DNA of 6,146 nucleotides from a virus (Duplodnaviria; Heunggongvirae; Uroviricota; Caudoviricetes): IMG/VR virus record IMGVR_UViG_2706794681_000014; one strand, 5' to 3'. Shown piece by piece: positions 5,274 to 6,146 of this stretch (position 1 is its first letter; each line of letters starts with the position of its first letter). The notes under the pieces were generated by a model. It saw only the letters and a program-made list of their open reading frames with translations, ran no database searches and was not told where the DNA came from. The position numbers and the translations under genes were made by a program.

Positions 5274-5644
5274 TTTTTGACCTGCTCTTCATGCATTATG
5301 GGGTAAATCTTCACCCCCAGACGTCCACCAGATACTGGCTGACCACGAACGATATTGATTTCATCAAACTGCTCATCGTCCATTAACACTCCCGCATGTG
5401 TCAGTGCATCCAGTGGTGCTTTCAGGATATTGTCCAGGTCACGACGGCGCTTATCCGGTGGCTCTGCAATAATCTTTATCGCCAGTCTTCCGGACAGGCT
5501 TAATTTCAGTCGCTGCTGACGGACAATAAGCGCCACATCCCGGCGATAACGCTCACCGGCTTTTGATACAAAATATGTGTTGTCACGACGTCGCCAGTAA
5601 GTATTCACCGTCGGCGGATAAGGTAAAATAAACTCATGGCGCAT
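5270..5644 (-). CDS. rusA: crossover junction endodeoxyribonuclease RusA (Holliday junction resolvase)
   Basis: 124 aa; LPYPPTVNTYW, PDKRRRDLDNILKAPLDALTHAGVLMDDEQF and SGGRLGVKI align with the E. coli RusA motifs ([51 protein letters not shown]) as I recall them. Start overlaps the upstream gene's stop (TGATG); stop overlaps the Q start. Confidence 0.85.
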   Translation of the reverse strand: MRHEFILPYPPTVNTYWRRRDNTYFVSKAGERYRRDVALIVRQQRLKLSLSGRLAIKIIAEPPDKRRRDLDNILKAPLDALTHAGVLMDDEQFDEINIVRGQPVSGGRLGVKIYPIMHEEQVKK

Positions 5645-5886
5645 CAGCGCAGCACCTCCTGCACCAGTTTTTCAAACTTTCCGACTCTGGTTTCCAGCTC
5701 TGCCACACAGTCCACCAGCTCATCTACTGCTTTCTGTGCGCGATGCTTCGCCTGCATCAGTTCCCGAAGCGCGGGTACCATATCTTTACGGATAGCGTCT
5801 TTTGTTATGCCCGTTTTTTCGAGTTGTTCAGCATGACGCAGCATTTCCTGCGCGTGTTTACGCAATTGTTCAGGGGTAAAAGTCAT
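5644..5886 (-). CDS. hypothetical phage nin-region protein (about 80-85 aa, predicted helical/coiled-coil)
   Basis: Open frame MTFTPEQLRKHAQEMLRHAEQLEKTG... from ATG 5884-5886; an alternative TTG at 5899-5901 has GGAG 8 nt upstream. Stop TGA overlaps the rusA ATG (translational coupling). No family recognised. Confidence 0.5.
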   Translation of the reverse strand: MTFTPEQLRKHAQEMLRHAEQLEKTGITKDAIRKDMVPALRELMQAKHRAQKAVDELVDCVAELETRVGKFEKLVQEVLR

Positions 5887-5937
5887 TGTCTGGTTGTTCA
5901 AAAGAAACGCTCCATCTTACTGCTGTCAGTTCGTTTA

Positions 5938-6021
5938 TTACTGTATCTGCGCGGATTGCCGGGCTTCATGGGAGTGGAAAGCACCCGTGCACTTTCCTGG
6001 TCCACAGGCAGAAAATGTCCG
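5938..6021 (-). pseudogene. possible 3' remnant of a phage gene interrupted by IS2
   Basis: The minus-strand frame is open from the IS2 junction (6021) to TAA at 5938-5940, encoding RTFSACGPGKCTGAFHSHEARQSAQIQ. Only 27 codons, so chance openness is not excluded. Confidence 0.25.
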
Positions 6022-6146
6022 TAGACTGGCCCCCTGAATCTCCAGACAACCAGTATCACTTAAATAAGTGATAGTCTTAATACTAGTTTTTAGACTAGTC
6101 ATTGGAGTACAGATGATTGATGTCTTAGGGCCGGAGAAACGCAGAC
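6022..6146 (+). mobile_element. IS2 (IS3 family) left end, truncated by window edge
   Basis: TAGACTGGCCCCCTGAATCTCCAGACAACCAGTATCACTTAAATAAGTGATAGTC... matches the IS2 left inverted repeat and leader from memory, with a few mismatches. It is followed by the OrfA start. Only about 125 bp of the roughly 1.3-kb element is in the window. Confidence 0.75.
6113..6146 (+). CDS. insC: IS2 transposase OrfA (InsC), 5' fragment only
   Basis: GGAG then 5 nt then ATG at 6113; encodes MIDVLGPEKRR..., matching the IS2 OrfA N-terminus as I recall it. Truncated by the window end. Confidence 0.6.
   Translation, partial: MIDVLGPEKRR

Noticed and set aside
5198-6071. Plus-strand ORFs 5198-5386, 5636-5836, 5743-6024 and 5886-6071
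   Set aside because: Antisense to rusA or the hypothetical gene, or running across the IS2 junction; low-complexity Ser/Thr/Cys-rich translations typical of wrong-strand reading.
6052-6075. Palindrome TATCACTTAAATAAGTGATA resembling a lambdoid repressor operator
   Set aside because: It lies inside the IS2 left end and is part of the IS2 terminal/leader sequence rather than a phage OL/OR operator.

Overview
This window reads as the late-regulatory region of a lambdoid (Stx-phage-like) prophage from an enterobacterial host (E. coli/Shigella-like), transcribed almost entirely on the minus strand. In minus-strand order from high to low coordinates: an IS2 left end at the right edge (6022-6146, plus-oriented), a short gene remnant abutting it, a hypothetical nin-region gene, rusA, a Q-type antiterminator with CxxCxGxG zinc-finger motifs, a pR'-like late promoter with a lambda-type pause element and tR' terminator, a small winged-helix-like ORF, a beta-class N6A/N4C DNA methyltransferase, a phage tRNA cluster (Ile2-CAU, Arg-UCG, Arg-UCU), about 1.4 kb of compositionally distinct cargo DNA in the slot where Stx phages carry stxAB, and a DUF1737-like small gene. 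Four N-masked blocks (1684-1942, 2003-2213, 3351-3599, 4162-4442) hide about 1 kb; ORF-track entries that run through them (X residues) are artefacts. The masks conceal the methyltransferase catalytic motif, the Q 3' end and any further tRNAs. All functional calls rest on motif recognition and gene-order logic from memory, with no database search. The most interesting unexplained signals are the uncharacterised cargo locus (241-1683), a perfect inverted repeat carrying Chi in both orientations (3662-3692), and near-identical direct repeats flanking the masked block at the Q/pR' junction.
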